The notes below the pieces were generated by a model. That model was not told where the DNA came from, did no database searches, and worked only from the letters and a program-made list of their open reading frames with translations. The translations under genes were made by a program, and so were the position numbers. From a virus (Duplodnaviria > Caudoviricetes), in IMG/VR virus record IMGVR_UViG_3300028591_000082: a stretch of DNA of 64,000 nt; one strand, 5' to 3'. Shown piece after piece: positions 34,818 to 44,395 of the stretch (the first letter of the stretch is position 1; every line of letters starts with the position of its first letter).

Positions 34818-36169
34818 TTTCTTTCTCCTATCTTTTCTTTTAGAGACATATAACTCCAATCAATTTCGAAATCAACACTTCTACCAGTGTCTCCATTTCT
34901 ATTCTTTCCAACAACAATTCTATATTCACCTTTCTTAGAATCATCTTTGTTATATTTCTGCTGTTCTGTTTGAACAATACCAACAATATAATCACAAGTA
35001 TCAACAATTGCTTTTGATTCAGATATCTGTGATGTACTTATTGTTGCCTTAGATCCTCCACCTTTTTCACTCATAGCACCTCTGTTAAGCTGACATGCTG
35101 TGAATACTGGACAGCTAAATTCAAATGCTATATTTCTCATTTCTTCAGATACAGCTTTATAATAAGTATAAGGATTTTCTCTAGAAAGTCTTCCATCATT
35201 TGATGCTGTAATAAGCATATAATCTATTACAATTACATCAGGCACCCAACCTCTTGATGCTTTAAGATCTTTCAAAAGAGTTGTTATATCATTAGAACAT
35301 ACTGTGTGTGCTCCAAAATTCTTTATAAGAATATCACCAGTTCCATTTGGATTCATAAGATGAAGTTGTTCATCAACTTCTTTCGCATCTATGTCCATAA
35401 GTTCCAAACCAGTTTTATGAAGCATATTCTGGTAAAGACGAACTGCTAATCTTCTCTTATCTACTTCCAAAGAAGCAAAGAAAACTTTTTTACCTTCAAG
35501 AAAATTCTTAACTGCAACATTACCAAGCCATAGTGTCTTTCCAACTCCTGGCACACCTAAGAAGCAACATAGTTCTCCACCATTTGCCTTACCTAGAATT
35601 TTATCTAGCCCAGCTGAGCCCCAAGTTATACTTCCTTGTTCATCACCAAGAGTTTTGATGTTTGCAATTGTCTCTTGTGCATTATTAAGAGACATACCAT
35701 AATCTTTATCAAGATTAACAGAAACAGCTTCTTCCATTCTTTTAGAAAGTGAATCAAAGTTTCCATTAATAATATCCTGCTGGTTAAGCATTGTTGCTTC
35801 TACAGCTCTAGTTGTCTGTATAAATTTAACAGTTCTTTCTTGAAGATATTGTTCTGATACTGCACCTTTTGGTATTGCAAGCAATTCATCAAGTTTATCA
35901 TGGATTGCTTTATTAAGTACTTCATCATCTTTAATTACTCTATTGGTAATTAAATGAAGCGCCTGTGTGGTAACAGGCGTTTTATAATTTTCTTGATACT
36001 TTATTGCTGTATTAAGTATGAATTGAATTTTAGGATCTTGAAAATATTGTTTCTTTGTCCAGTCTTTTGTTACTAAATATTTTGATACTTTTAGAAAAAA
36101 TAACTGATCTTGTAGCAAATAAGAAGCGATATATTTCTCTTCTTCTTTGTCATCAAATTTTAACTCCAT
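34814..36169 (-). CDS. Replicative DNA helicase, DnaB/T4 gp41-like
   Basis: Walker A GVPGVGKT, SLE, VIVIDY, QLNR, KNRNG. Confidence 0.9.
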   Translation of the reverse strand: MELKFDDKEEEKYIASYLLQDQLFFLKVSKYLVTKDWTKKQYFQDPKIQFILNTAIKYQENYKTPVTTQALHLITNRVIKDDEVLNKAIHDKLDELLAIPKGAVSEQYLQERTVKFIQTTRAVEATMLNQQDIINGNFDSLSKRMEEAVSVNLDKDYGMSLNNAQETIANIKTLGDEQGSITWGSAGLDKILGKANGGELCCFLGVPGVGKTLWLGNVAVKNFLEGKKVFFASLEVDKRRLAVRLYQNMLHKTGLELMDIDAKEVDEQLHLMNPNGTGDILIKNFGAHTVCSNDITTLLKDLKASRGWVPDVIVIDYMLITASNDGRLSRENPYTYYKAVSEEMRNIAFEFSCPVFTACQLNRGAMSEKGGGSKATISTSQISESKAIVDTCDYIVGIVQTEQQKYNKDDSKKGEYRIVVGKNRNGDTGRSVDFEIDWSYMSLKEKIGERK

Positions 36170-36205
36170 TTTCCGTTCCTTAATTATTTATATTATATCA
36201 GATTT

Positions 36206-36784
36206 TTATGTTTTGTCAATAATAAAAAAATATTCATCTGGAAGCTTTAGTAAATCATCAAACCAATAACAAGCCCTTCCATTATGGAAGAAAATTGGCA
36301 TAGGTACATCTGTGCCTGGTTTTGGTATATCATTAACTGGTATAAAAACTATCCTTTTATGATTATTTATTTTAACAACAAGCATTGGTATTTTACCAAC
36401 GTTCCTGGCATCTGTTTCTGATTGTTCATACCAATGATATAAGTCAGATTTTAAATTAAACAGCCACCAAAAGTCAAATTCGGCATATGCCTTGTGTTCA
36501 ATTGTAAACTTAAAGTTTTTTGGTACTCTAATATCTCCAGAGAATACAAGCCTTTGTTCTTCAGTAAGTGCTTCTGCTCTTGATTGATTAACTCCACCAG
36601 TATATGCACCACTTTGTACTGAACGAGCAAATGTATATCCTTGAAATCTTTCATTAAGTATATGAACTAAATCAAGTTCCGCAGAAGAACCTTTACGTTT
36701 ACTATTTATGCTCTTCTTTCTTAATTTTGGTTTTGTTTTAATTTTTGTTTCTACTTCTGATAAAAATTCTTCTTCTATGTTCAT
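36206..36784 (-). CDS. Holliday junction resolvase-like PD-(D/E)XK nuclease
   Basis: NSKRKG..AE, SGA, GDI, IEHK. Confidence 0.75.
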   Translation of the reverse strand: MNIEEEFLSEVETKIKTKPKLRKKSINSKRKGSSAELDLVHILNERFQGYTFARSVQSGAYTGGVNQSRAEALTEEQRLVFSGDIRVPKNFKFTIEHKAYAEFDFWWLFNLKSDLYHWYEQSETDARNVGKIPMLVVKINNHKRIVFIPVNDIPKPGTDVPMPIFFHNGRACYWFDDLLKLPDEYFFIIDKT

Positions 36785-37038
36785 ATTCTTAACCTCATTC
36801 CTGGCTGCCAAGTTTCTCCATTGACTTTAAAATCAGTCACGTCTGGCAAAATTGAATATGTTGTACTACCTTTATTCTTTTCTACTTCATAAACAAAGCA
36901 GCCTGTTAAATTTAAATCAAAAGCATAATCAGATTTTTTTACAAAGCCATCTCTTAGTGCTTTTAAAGTTTTCATTCTACTTTCTTCAAATGCTTCGCGA
37001 AGTATATCGTTATTATCAAGTTCTACCGTTATTTTCAT
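36781..37038 (-). CDS. Hypothetical protein
   Basis: ATGA overlaps on both sides; ends MRLRI. Confidence 0.55.
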   Translation of the reverse strand: MKITVELDNNDILREAFEESRMKTLKALRDGFVKKSDYAFDLNLTGCFVYEVEKNKGSTTYSILPDVTDFKVNGETWQPGMRLRI

Positions 37039-37225
37039 TTTTCTTCCTTTATTTTTGTTTCAAGTATCACTTCTTTCCAGCCACCTAAATCCATTGATAT
37101 AAACTTGTTAAGCTCTTCTGATGTATAGTTTTCAAGAAGTTCCCAATCTGTTATTGGTGTGATTATTTCAGTTTCTCCATGACCTCCACCAATTTCTTTT
37201 ATTGAATATCTGTAATATGCTCTTT

Positions 37226-37735
37226 TCATTCTTTGTCAAGTTCCTCTATTATTAAATCCTTTGGTAAAAAATTCCAACAATAATATGCACTACTAAATGT
37301 TATACCTTTATCTTCTGGAGCATTATCAAACTCCATTCTTTTGTCAAACATAAGAAGCTGCAAACCTTTATCTTTAAAAAGTAAAGCTGGCGCTCTATCT
37401 GAAAGCCATGTTAATGTCATTATCAATGCGAATGGTTTATTAAATGACAAAGCTCTCTCAAAGAATAATCTTTTATTTTTGAAAGGTGGGTTGCTTATAA
37501 TACAGTCCCAAGGTTCATCTGGCTCCCACTCAAAAAAGTTTTGACCAGTATCTATATGTGAATAGATTACTTTATTAGTTCTTGATATAAGTCTAACAAA
37601 AGCACTATCTTCTTTATCAAATGGACACCATACAACCCAATCTTCTGGTATATATTTAAGAATAGGCTCTACTGCGTATTCTTTTGTGTACCTTTCATCA
37701 TCTGATTTTCCATATAAAATATCATTACTTTTCAT
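37226..37735 (-). CDS. Adenine-specific methyltransferase-like protein, leaderless
   Basis: DE.YT, WCPFD, NFF, IISNPPF; TTGACA-16-TAAAAT-6-ATG. Confidence 0.8.
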   Translation of the reverse strand: MKSNDILYGKSDDERYTKEYAVEPILKYIPEDWVVWCPFDKEDSAFVRLISRTNKVIYSHIDTGQNFFEWEPDEPWDCIISNPPFKNKRLFFERALSFNKPFALIMTLTWLSDRAPALLFKDKGLQLLMFDKRMEFDNAPEDKGITFSSAYYCWNFLPKDLIIEELDKE

Positions 37736-38174
37736 ATTTTTATTTTACCTTATTTTTTTTAGTTGTCAATTTTTTCTTTTCTTCTTCTTTTTCTGTATAA
37801 GAAGGTGGAATTGCTGGCACGGAATTTTCATTCATCTTTTCCAATTCCTCCATTGATTTTAAAGTTTCCTCTATTAAATCCATAGAAATTCTCCTATATT
37901 AAAAATAACATAGTCTAACTTAAATGTCAAGATAAATTTGTGAAAACTATACTAAAAAAGAAATTAGACAATCTCGATGTTTACTTAAACAAAGGAAACA
38001 CAATTGTTTTAGGTGAGGAATATTTTTTTTCTGGAAAGTTTTATAAAACTGAAGATGGTGGGTTACAATTAGATAACTGCCTCAATAATGAATTAAGTGA
38101 GGCAGTTAAATATTTGAGTAAGAAGGGAATAAATATTGAAATAATATCTGGACCGCCGTTAAGATATATTTTTG

Positions 38175-39164
38175 TTAAAAGCTGATTTTATCTATCCAAG
38201 ACTTATCAAACTTTGTAGGTTTATACAAAGTACATTCTTTTTTTAATATAAAATTTTTACCAGTTTTAACCTTAAGCTCATTTAAATCTTTTATTGTGTT
38301 TGGTAAATCATATAAATATATTGGTTTGTCATAACCATACATTATAAGTTTTGATATATTATTCTTTAATGTCCTGGCACCAGTTTCATCATTATCTCTT
38401 GCATATATAATATAACTAGGTTTCTTTTTTACAATTTTCTCTATTTGTTTTACTCCAAGATCACCAGAGCACATACAAGTTGCTGCTTGTTCATCCATAC
38501 TCATAGCATCAAATACTCCCTCACAAATTATGAGTTCGTCATTTATATCATCTATATTAAACACATATTCTTTTGTATCAATCCCAGTTGGATTTATATA
38601 TCTGAATTTTGCGTCTTTCTCTAAGCTCCTGGCTTGGAAATATACAAACTCTCCATTTTCAAAATATGGTATTATTACTCTTTTATCATATCTTGAATCA
38701 TCATTAAATACATACATCATTTTATCTATATATCTATCTGATATTTTTCTTTTCTCAAGATAACCTCTAACGATATTACAAAACGTTCCTTTATTACCAG
38801 CTATTTTCTGAGGCTTATCTTCTTTCAAAAATGTTTCTATAACATTTCCTTTTGGTTTACTTTCTTCTATTACTTTTTTTTGAGTTGCACTTCCATAATT
38901 TAAAATTATATATTCAATAACTGCTCTTGTTGAATCTATATTTAGATATTCTTTTATAAATTTTATAACAGAACCAGAACTCTCATCAAGACCAGAAACT
39001 TTATAATCACAATATACACCTTTATCAAGGTTTATATAACAATGATATTTTGAGTCTTGTTTAAATATTGAATTGATTCTTATTTCTTTTGGGTCAGATG
39101 TTCTCTTTATAGTAAACTCTGACTCAAAAAAATTTAAGAGAAGTTCTGCTGGTATTTTATACAC
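38175..39164 (-). CDS. DNA primase (TOPRIM, T4 gp61-like)
   Basis: RVIIPY, FQAR, ICEGVFDA, DND.TG, KDLNE. Confidence 0.9.
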   Translation of the reverse strand: MYKIPAELLLNFFESEFTIKRTSDPKEIRINSIFKQDSKYHCYINLDKGVYCDYKVSGLDESSGSVIKFIKEYLNIDSTRAVIEYIILNYGSATQKKVIEESKPKGNVIETFLKEDKPQKIAGNKGTFCNIVRGYLEKRKISDRYIDKMMYVFNDDSRYDKRVIIPYFENGEFVYFQARSLEKDAKFRYINPTGIDTKEYVFNIDDINDELIICEGVFDAMSMDEQAATCMCSGDLGVKQIEKIVKKKPSYIIYARDNDETGARTLKNNISKLIMYGYDKPIYLYDLPNTIKDLNELKVKTGKNFILKKECTLYKPTKFDKSWIDKISF

Positions 39165-39173
39165 TTTTTACCT

Positions 39174-39605
39174 CTATGTGATTATTTCTTCTATACTTTT
39201 AAATACTTTGCAGTTTCTAATTCCTGCTAAATCATAATGTTTATTTTTTTCTTTACAATAAAGAAAGTTTCCCTGTTTTTCGCATTTTTCACAATACTTA
39301 CAACCATTGAATGGTGGAAGATAGAAGTTTAAATTTACTATCTTTGGTTTCTTTATTTTTTCTGTTTTGTAGATTACTTCTATGTATTCTTTCTCATCTA
39401 TTCTTTCAACAAAATTTTCTACAAATTCATCTCTGATTAGTTTTTCTATTTTTCTTTTTAAAAGATATCTTGCATCATAGGCATATGTCAGATATTTTTT
39501 ATTTGTTACGTTAAATTCAAATATTTGATGTAATTCATCACCATTTTTTTTATACTTGATATTAACATAAAAATCTATTTGCCTTGCAATTTTAATATCT
39601 GACAT
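39174..39605 (-). CDS. Hypothetical protein with C-terminal Cys4 motif
   Basis: CKYCEKC...C...C. Confidence 0.65.
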   Translation of the reverse strand: MSDIKIARQIDFYVNIKYKKNGDELHQIFEFNVTNKKYLTYAYDARYLLKRKIEKLIRDEFVENFVERIDEKEYIEVIYKTEKIKKPKIVNLNFYLPPFNGCKYCEKCEKQGNFLYCKEKNKHYDLAGIRNCKVFKSIEEIIT

Positions 39606-39761
39606 ATTTATTTTATTCCTCTTTCGCTATACTTGCAACTTCATTTTGATAATCATTATCATATTTACTAAGAAGCGAGTACATTTTTGAAAGTAATTCA
39701 ATTATTATTTTTTGATTACTTATCAGTTCATCCATTTTAATTGATATTAGCTCATCTCCCA

Positions 39762-40016
39762 TTAAATCCTACCTTGAACCTGGTCAACAAGAGTTGAAAT
39801 TGCGTCCGTTTCGGATTCACCTTTATCATACTTTTCTTTCATTATTTTAAGCATCTTACCAGCTTCTCTTTTACCACCCTCAATTACTTTAGCAACTTCT
39901 TCTTTTACTATACTTTCTTCATCTTTAAGATTTGTTTTTCTATCATTAATTTCCAAATACTTTTCAAAAGAAATTTTTATCTGGCTAATATCATCTTCGT
40001 TAAGACTGTCCTTCAT
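39762..40016 (-). CDS. Small helical protein, possibly T4 DsbA-like dsDNA-binding
   Basis: Size, charge pattern and location only. Confidence 0.4.
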   Translation of the reverse strand: MKDSLNEDDISQIKISFEKYLEINDRKTNLKDEESIVKEEVAKVIEGGKREAGKMLKIMKEKYDKGESETDAISTLVDQVQGRI

Positions 40017-40311
40017 TTGTTTCCTCCTTTACTTCTGTAACTCCTGCTGCTGCAGCTTTTCTTTCTTCCATTTTAGATTTCAAGAAATTCATATATTTTT
40101 CAGCCATATCCTTTGTAATTCTTTTACCATCCTCTGAACTATACGCTTCACCTTTCATAAGTTTTTTTAGAGGATTATAATATTGAATAGAAACATTCCC
40201 ACTTTCATCTCTTTTTGAATATGGTTCTGGAGAAGCATCTTTTAGCATTTCGTTTATTGCTTTTCTTGCTCTTGCAGAATACATCTTTTTCATTCTACTT
40301 TTTCTTCCCAT
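40000..40311 (-). CDS. Basic hypothetical protein
   Basis: AGGAG SD. Confidence 0.65.
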   Translation of the reverse strand: MGRKSRMKKMYSARARKAINEMLKDASPEPYSKRDESGNVSIQYYNPLKKLMKGEAYSSEDGKRITKDMAEKYMNFLKSKMEERKAAAAGVTEVKEETNEGQS

Positions 40312-41156
40312 TTTATCTCCTGGTCCTTAATTACTTTTTTAAAAATTTCATAATTAGGATTTTCTTTATCTCTACAATAAACTGGGAAGACAATATTGTC
40401 AAATAAATAGCCATATTTTGCTATAATATCACTATATGCTTTTGCAACAACTTCTGGATTATTCCAGAATGCACCACAACCAAATGCTCCAAGAACAAGA
40501 GTATCTACTTTGTGAGCAGCAGCTACTTCAAAAATTCTTGTTGCTCTTTTAAAATGTATTTTGTATAATTCTTCATCAGAAATTAATGTTGGCTTACCAG
40601 TTTCATCAAGATTGTTTCTTGTTGCTGGTACAGCCCTTAGATTTGGAGCAGCACAGGTAATTACATCTGTAAGTTTCCATTCTGACTTTGGAAGAATTTT
40701 AAAATATTCATTTCTAAATATACATACTTTTGGTGTATAAATTATATCATCATTGTGCAATACATCTTTTGCTTTTATGTGAGGGTCATAGAATTTTTCA
40801 TGTGCTTCATCTATTGATAATGAAGCATAAAGAGTTGATGTCCTACATACACCTTCCTCCTGTGCAGTGCTACCTTTAAGTACTCCTCCTCCAGGGTTAG
40901 TTGCTGATGCGAAATTCAAAAGAGCAACCTTACCTTCGCATCTTGCAGCACATTCTGTACTCTTTTCTTTAGTTATTTCAACTTTTGTTACTTTTCTTTT
41001 TTTAAATGCTGACCAATTATATTCTTCTCTTCCTTCAAGAATATATTCCTGCTTCTTCTTCTGATTTTCAACTACTTGTTTTAATATTTTATCAGATTCG
41101 AATAATTCTATATTCTCCTGTATTACTTCTATATTTTTTTCTCTTTGATTTATCAT
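40290..41156 (-). CDS. TIGR02452-family PARG-like macrodomain protein
   Basis: LNFASA.NPGGG, AQEE..CR.S.LY, IYTP.V, ITCAAPN, LGAFGCGAF.N. Confidence 0.9.
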   Translation of the reverse strand: MINQREKNIEVIQENIELFESDKILKQVVENQKKKQEYILEGREEYNWSAFKKRKVTKVEITKEKSTECAARCEGKVALLNFASATNPGGGVLKGSTAQEEGVCRTSTLYASLSIDEAHEKFYDPHIKAKDVLHNDDIIYTPKVCIFRNEYFKILPKSEWKLTDVITCAAPNLRAVPATRNNLDETGKPTLISDEELYKIHFKRATRIFEVAAAHKVDTLVLGAFGCGAFWNNPEVVAKAYSDIIAKYGYLFDNIVFPVYCRDKENPNYEIFKKVIKDQEIKWEEKVE

Positions 41157-41314
41157 ATGTTTTCTCCATTGATTCTGTTAGCCAATTCCAAGCTTCTTCG
41201 TAACCATAATCTCTATTATCAAGTTCTACATAAGAAAGTTGCCCTCTTCTAGCATTTATTTCTGTTTCTACAGAAGCTCTCATTATTTGAGAATATAAAT
41301 CATAAACTTCATCA

Positions 41315-42226
41315 TCATCCATTTAATATCTCCATTATTTCATCTTCTGCTGCAGCCATATCATTTCCATTAAGCATCATTTCTATTTGACCACATTGAG
41401 AGCCCCACTCCTCCTGACACTTTTTTAGATTATGTTCTATTAAGAATAATTCAACTTTATTTTTATCAAATGTATTCCAATCTTTACTCTCTAATTCCTT
41501 GATTATGTTATTTTTATATTCATCTGGGTACTTTCTTAAGTCTACAATATTGAGAATATTCTCATATATAATAACATTCTCGGGTGTCATTTTTTTACAC
41601 CAAAGTGCTTTATCATTAAGCATTTCTTCAAATGTTTTTTCTCCGATTCTTGGAACACCTTTTATGTTATCTGATGTATCACCAACTATTGCTTTCTTTT
41701 CTATAATGTTTGGATTTGGTTCTGCTTTTCTTGACTTAATTGGATTAAAAACAGTTACTTCTTCAAAAAATAATGCTATCTGTGTTAAATCTTCGTCACC
41801 AGAAATAATCTGTATTCTTTCTCCTTTGTCTGCATAATATTTTGCACAAGCATATATTACATCATCGCCTTCACAATTATCAACTCTCATTGTTTTACAA
41901 TGAAAGTATGAAAGATATGTTTCTATTTCATTAAGAAGTGGTCCTATAAATCTATAGTCTGGATCTTCTTTTCTGTCTTTTCTGTTCTCCTTATAAAGAG
42001 GGTAAATACTTTTTCTCCAAGCAGTTGAATTGTGTCCCTCAAATGCCCATATACTGTTCTCATAAGTTGTAAGGAATGGCATAGCATATTTTATAAACAT
42101 ATGCCAAAATAATCCCAAATCCTTTTCTTCTATTTCATAGTCTGGACCATTATTCTTTTTTATTGTTTTTATAAACATAGAATATGTTATAAAAAATATA
42201 TTACTAGTATCTATTAAACAAACCAT
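41315..42226 (-). CDS. 5'-3' exonuclease / T4 RNase H-like
   Basis: LID.SN, YKENR, EGDDVI, SGD.D, GD.SDNIKGV..IGEKT. Confidence 0.9.
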   Translation of the reverse strand: MVCLIDTSNIFFITYSMFIKTIKKNNGPDYEIEEKDLGLFWHMFIKYAMPFLTTYENSIWAFEGHNSTAWRKSIYPLYKENRKDRKEDPDYRFIGPLLNEIETYLSYFHCKTMRVDNCEGDDVIYACAKYYADKGERIQIISGDEDLTQIALFFEEVTVFNPIKSRKAEPNPNIIEKKAIVGDTSDNIKGVPRIGEKTFEEMLNDKALWCKKMTPENVIIYENILNIVDLRKYPDEYKNNIIKELESKDWNTFDKNKVELFLIEHNLKKCQEEWGSQCGQIEMMLNGNDMAAAEDEIMEILNG

Positions 42227-42395
42227 AATCTTCTTCTCCTATTTCTGCAAATATTCTATCTTCTCTTTCGTATTTGTCTAATTCATTTTCCCATTTATAT
42301 TCTGCCTGTTTCCACGTCAAGTCAAACTCTTCACCGAGCGTGCATATTGCGTTATATCTTGCTTGTTTCCAGTCTTCTTCTTTCATTATTATTCC

Positions 42396-42683
42396 TTATA
42401 TTTTAATTAGCCTAGTATTTTTAATTGGAGTAAAACAAAAAATCTCATCAAATGTTCTGCCTTTTCTATTCACTCTAGCTCCTGAAATAATCATACTAAT
42501 AGTTATACTTATTAGGTTTTCTGCTGCAGTAATTCCTCTTAAAAAATCAATAGCTCCGTCTTTTTCTTTAAATAATCTAATAAAATCATTTTTAAGAAGT
42601 TTGTAAATATCCAAATTTATTTTTGCTTTTATTTTCTCAAATTCACATTTAGATTTTAAATAACTTTCTATTACTTCATTCAT
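42396..42683 (-). CDS. Tagged protein within the replication cluster (RLIKI)
   Basis: No CxxC; C-terminal tag plus TAA. Confidence 0.65.
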   Translation of the reverse strand: MNEVIESYLKSKCEFEKIKAKINLDIYKLLKNDFIRLFKEKDGAIDFLRGITAAENLISITISMIISGARVNRKGRTFDEIFCFTPIKNTRLIKI

Positions 42684-43267
42684 ATACAATCATTTCCAAG
42701 TAATTGTTTTATTTTTGCTATTATTTTTGGATAATGACTTGGTGCAACTCTTAGTATTTCTGGATTATATTTTTCTTTAAATCTTTCTTTATTTTCTTCA
42801 TAATATTTTATAAAAGTTTTGGAAAACCAAAATAACAAAAGATCAAAATCATTATATCCTTGTTCTATTTGATTTAAATAATATTTACCATCTGTAATAA
42901 ATTTATCCATACTTCCATATTTTTTAAATATTGTAGCACTTGAAGCAAGTTTTACTGCAAATGTATATTCTTCATTGTTATCATCATTTTTTGTATTAGA
43001 TATATACTGAATATATTTTGTCCAATTGTGTTCATATGGAAGCTGTTGAGGATATTTTACTCCTTCTCCATAAAAAAAGACTTCAATGAATTTATCAACT
43101 TTGAAGTCTTTTCTTTCAGCAAACATCATTGCAGTTCTGTCAAAATACTGTTTGTATTTTTTATAAAATGCTTGGTTATTAACAAACTTTCCAGATGCTT
43201 TACGATATACATTAGCAAATGTATATCCAATATCAAGAGAATAACTATTTATTTGATTTTCGTTCAT
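42680..43267 (-). CDS. Hypothetical protein (gp59 helicase-loader-like size and composition, unproven)
   Basis: Aromatic/basic helical 195 aa near replication genes. Confidence 0.5.
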   Translation of the reverse strand: MNENQINSYSLDIGYTFANVYRKASGKFVNNQAFYKKYKQYFDRTAMMFAERKDFKVDKFIEVFFYGEGVKYPQQLPYEHNWTKYIQYISNTKNDDNNEEYTFAVKLASSATIFKKYGSMDKFITDGKYYLNQIEQGYNDFDLLLFWFSKTFIKYYEENKERFKEKYNPEILRVAPSHYPKIIAKIKQLLGNDCI

Positions 43268-43485
43268 TTTTTTGTTTTAAAATCTTCGTATGCTTTAAGA
43301 ATAGGTCTTAAGTTTTTTATTTCAACACCAGAGGTGAAGCAATATATATCTTTGAAAGCTGGATTATCCATTTTCATTTTACATATTTGAAACCATGGAT
43401 ATTCATTTGAACTAGCCATGTAAAAGTCCTTAAATCCCATATCTAATTTGGAATAAGGACATTTTTCGCAATCTTTTACAATCAT
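43264..43485 (-). CDS. Small Cys-rich protein, leaderless
   Basis: TTGACA-17-TATAAT-6-ATG; CEKCP. Confidence 0.65.
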   Translation of the reverse strand: MIVKDCEKCPYSKLDMGFKDFYMASSNEYPWFQICKMKMDNPAFKDIYCFTSGVEIKNLRPILKAYEDFKTKK

Positions 43486-43516
43486 AAAAATATTATAATA
43501 CTTATTTTTTTAAATG

Positions 43517-43960
43517 TCAATTTTTCTTATTATTGAAGTTTTTAAATTGCTTTTCTATTTCTTTTGTAACTATAGAAGCAATCTGTTTTGTTGTATCTTC
43601 TTTTCTTTCTTTACTAAGAGTTTCTATACTTTTTTGTATTTGTTGAAACTGAGCTTTGTTCTGTTGTTGCTGCTGTTGCTGAGCATTTGACATTTGACTT
43701 ACTTGATTAGATGTTTGCTGCTGTTGTTGCTGCATATTCTGCTGTTGCTGATCTTTATTTTGCTGCTGAGCCATCTGCAAAGCTTTTGCAGTAGCCATAC
43801 CAGACTGTTTAAGTGTTTCAAAATTCTTCAATATATTTGGATCATTATATACAGTTTTTGCCTGATTTGTAAAATTATTAAGGTTTTGCATCAACTGAGC
43901 AAATTGTTTATTAAAATTTTCGAGATTAAGCTCTTCATCTATTACTTGTCTAAGTGTCAT
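43517..43960 (-). CDS. Gln-rich coiled-coil protein
   Basis: Poly-Q tracts. Confidence 0.75.
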   Translation of the reverse strand: MTLRQVIDEELNLENFNKQFAQLMQNLNNFTNQAKTVYNDPNILKNFETLKQSGMATAKALQMAQQQNKDQQQQNMQQQQQQTSNQVSQMSNAQQQQQQQNKAQFQQIQKSIETLSKERKEDTTKQIASIVTKEIEKQFKNFNNKKN

Positions 43961-43964
43961 ACTA

Positions 43965-44378
43965 TTAACTTACTTGCTCTAAGTATACTTTCACGTTTCT
44001 TAGATTGTTATAGTTATATCCTACTTTATCAAGCAATAATTTCTTTTCTAATGCATCTTCTACAAAGTGGTCTTTCTCGCGTTTTCGTATAGTGTTTGGT
44101 CTTACTTTTAATATTGCTCCAACTACGGCAACTTTATTTTCTACTGTAACGTCATTTATTATAACAAGTCTATCTTCTTCTTCATCATTATCATCTATTA
44201 TGATTTCAACACCTTGTGATCTCTCACCAGGTGTTTTATCAAAATCAAAATCATCAAAATTAAAATAAACTTCTTCGTTAGTATCCGTTAAACAGTATAC
44301 TCTTCCGTTTTCCTTTCTGATTGGCATTACGAGTCTATTTGAATCTTTTAAATCTGACCATTCATTATACTTAAACAT
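43965..44378 (-). CDS. Hypothetical protein
   Basis: ORF. Confidence 0.7.
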   Translation of the reverse strand: MFKYNEWSDLKDSNRLVMPIRKENGRVYCLTDTNEEVYFNFDDFDFDKTPGERSQGVEIIIDDNDEEEDRLVIINDVTVENKVAVVGAILKVRPNTIRKREKDHFVEDALEKKLLLDKVGYNYNNLRNVKVYLEQVS

Positions 44379-44395
44379 GGGCTATAAATTTATCT

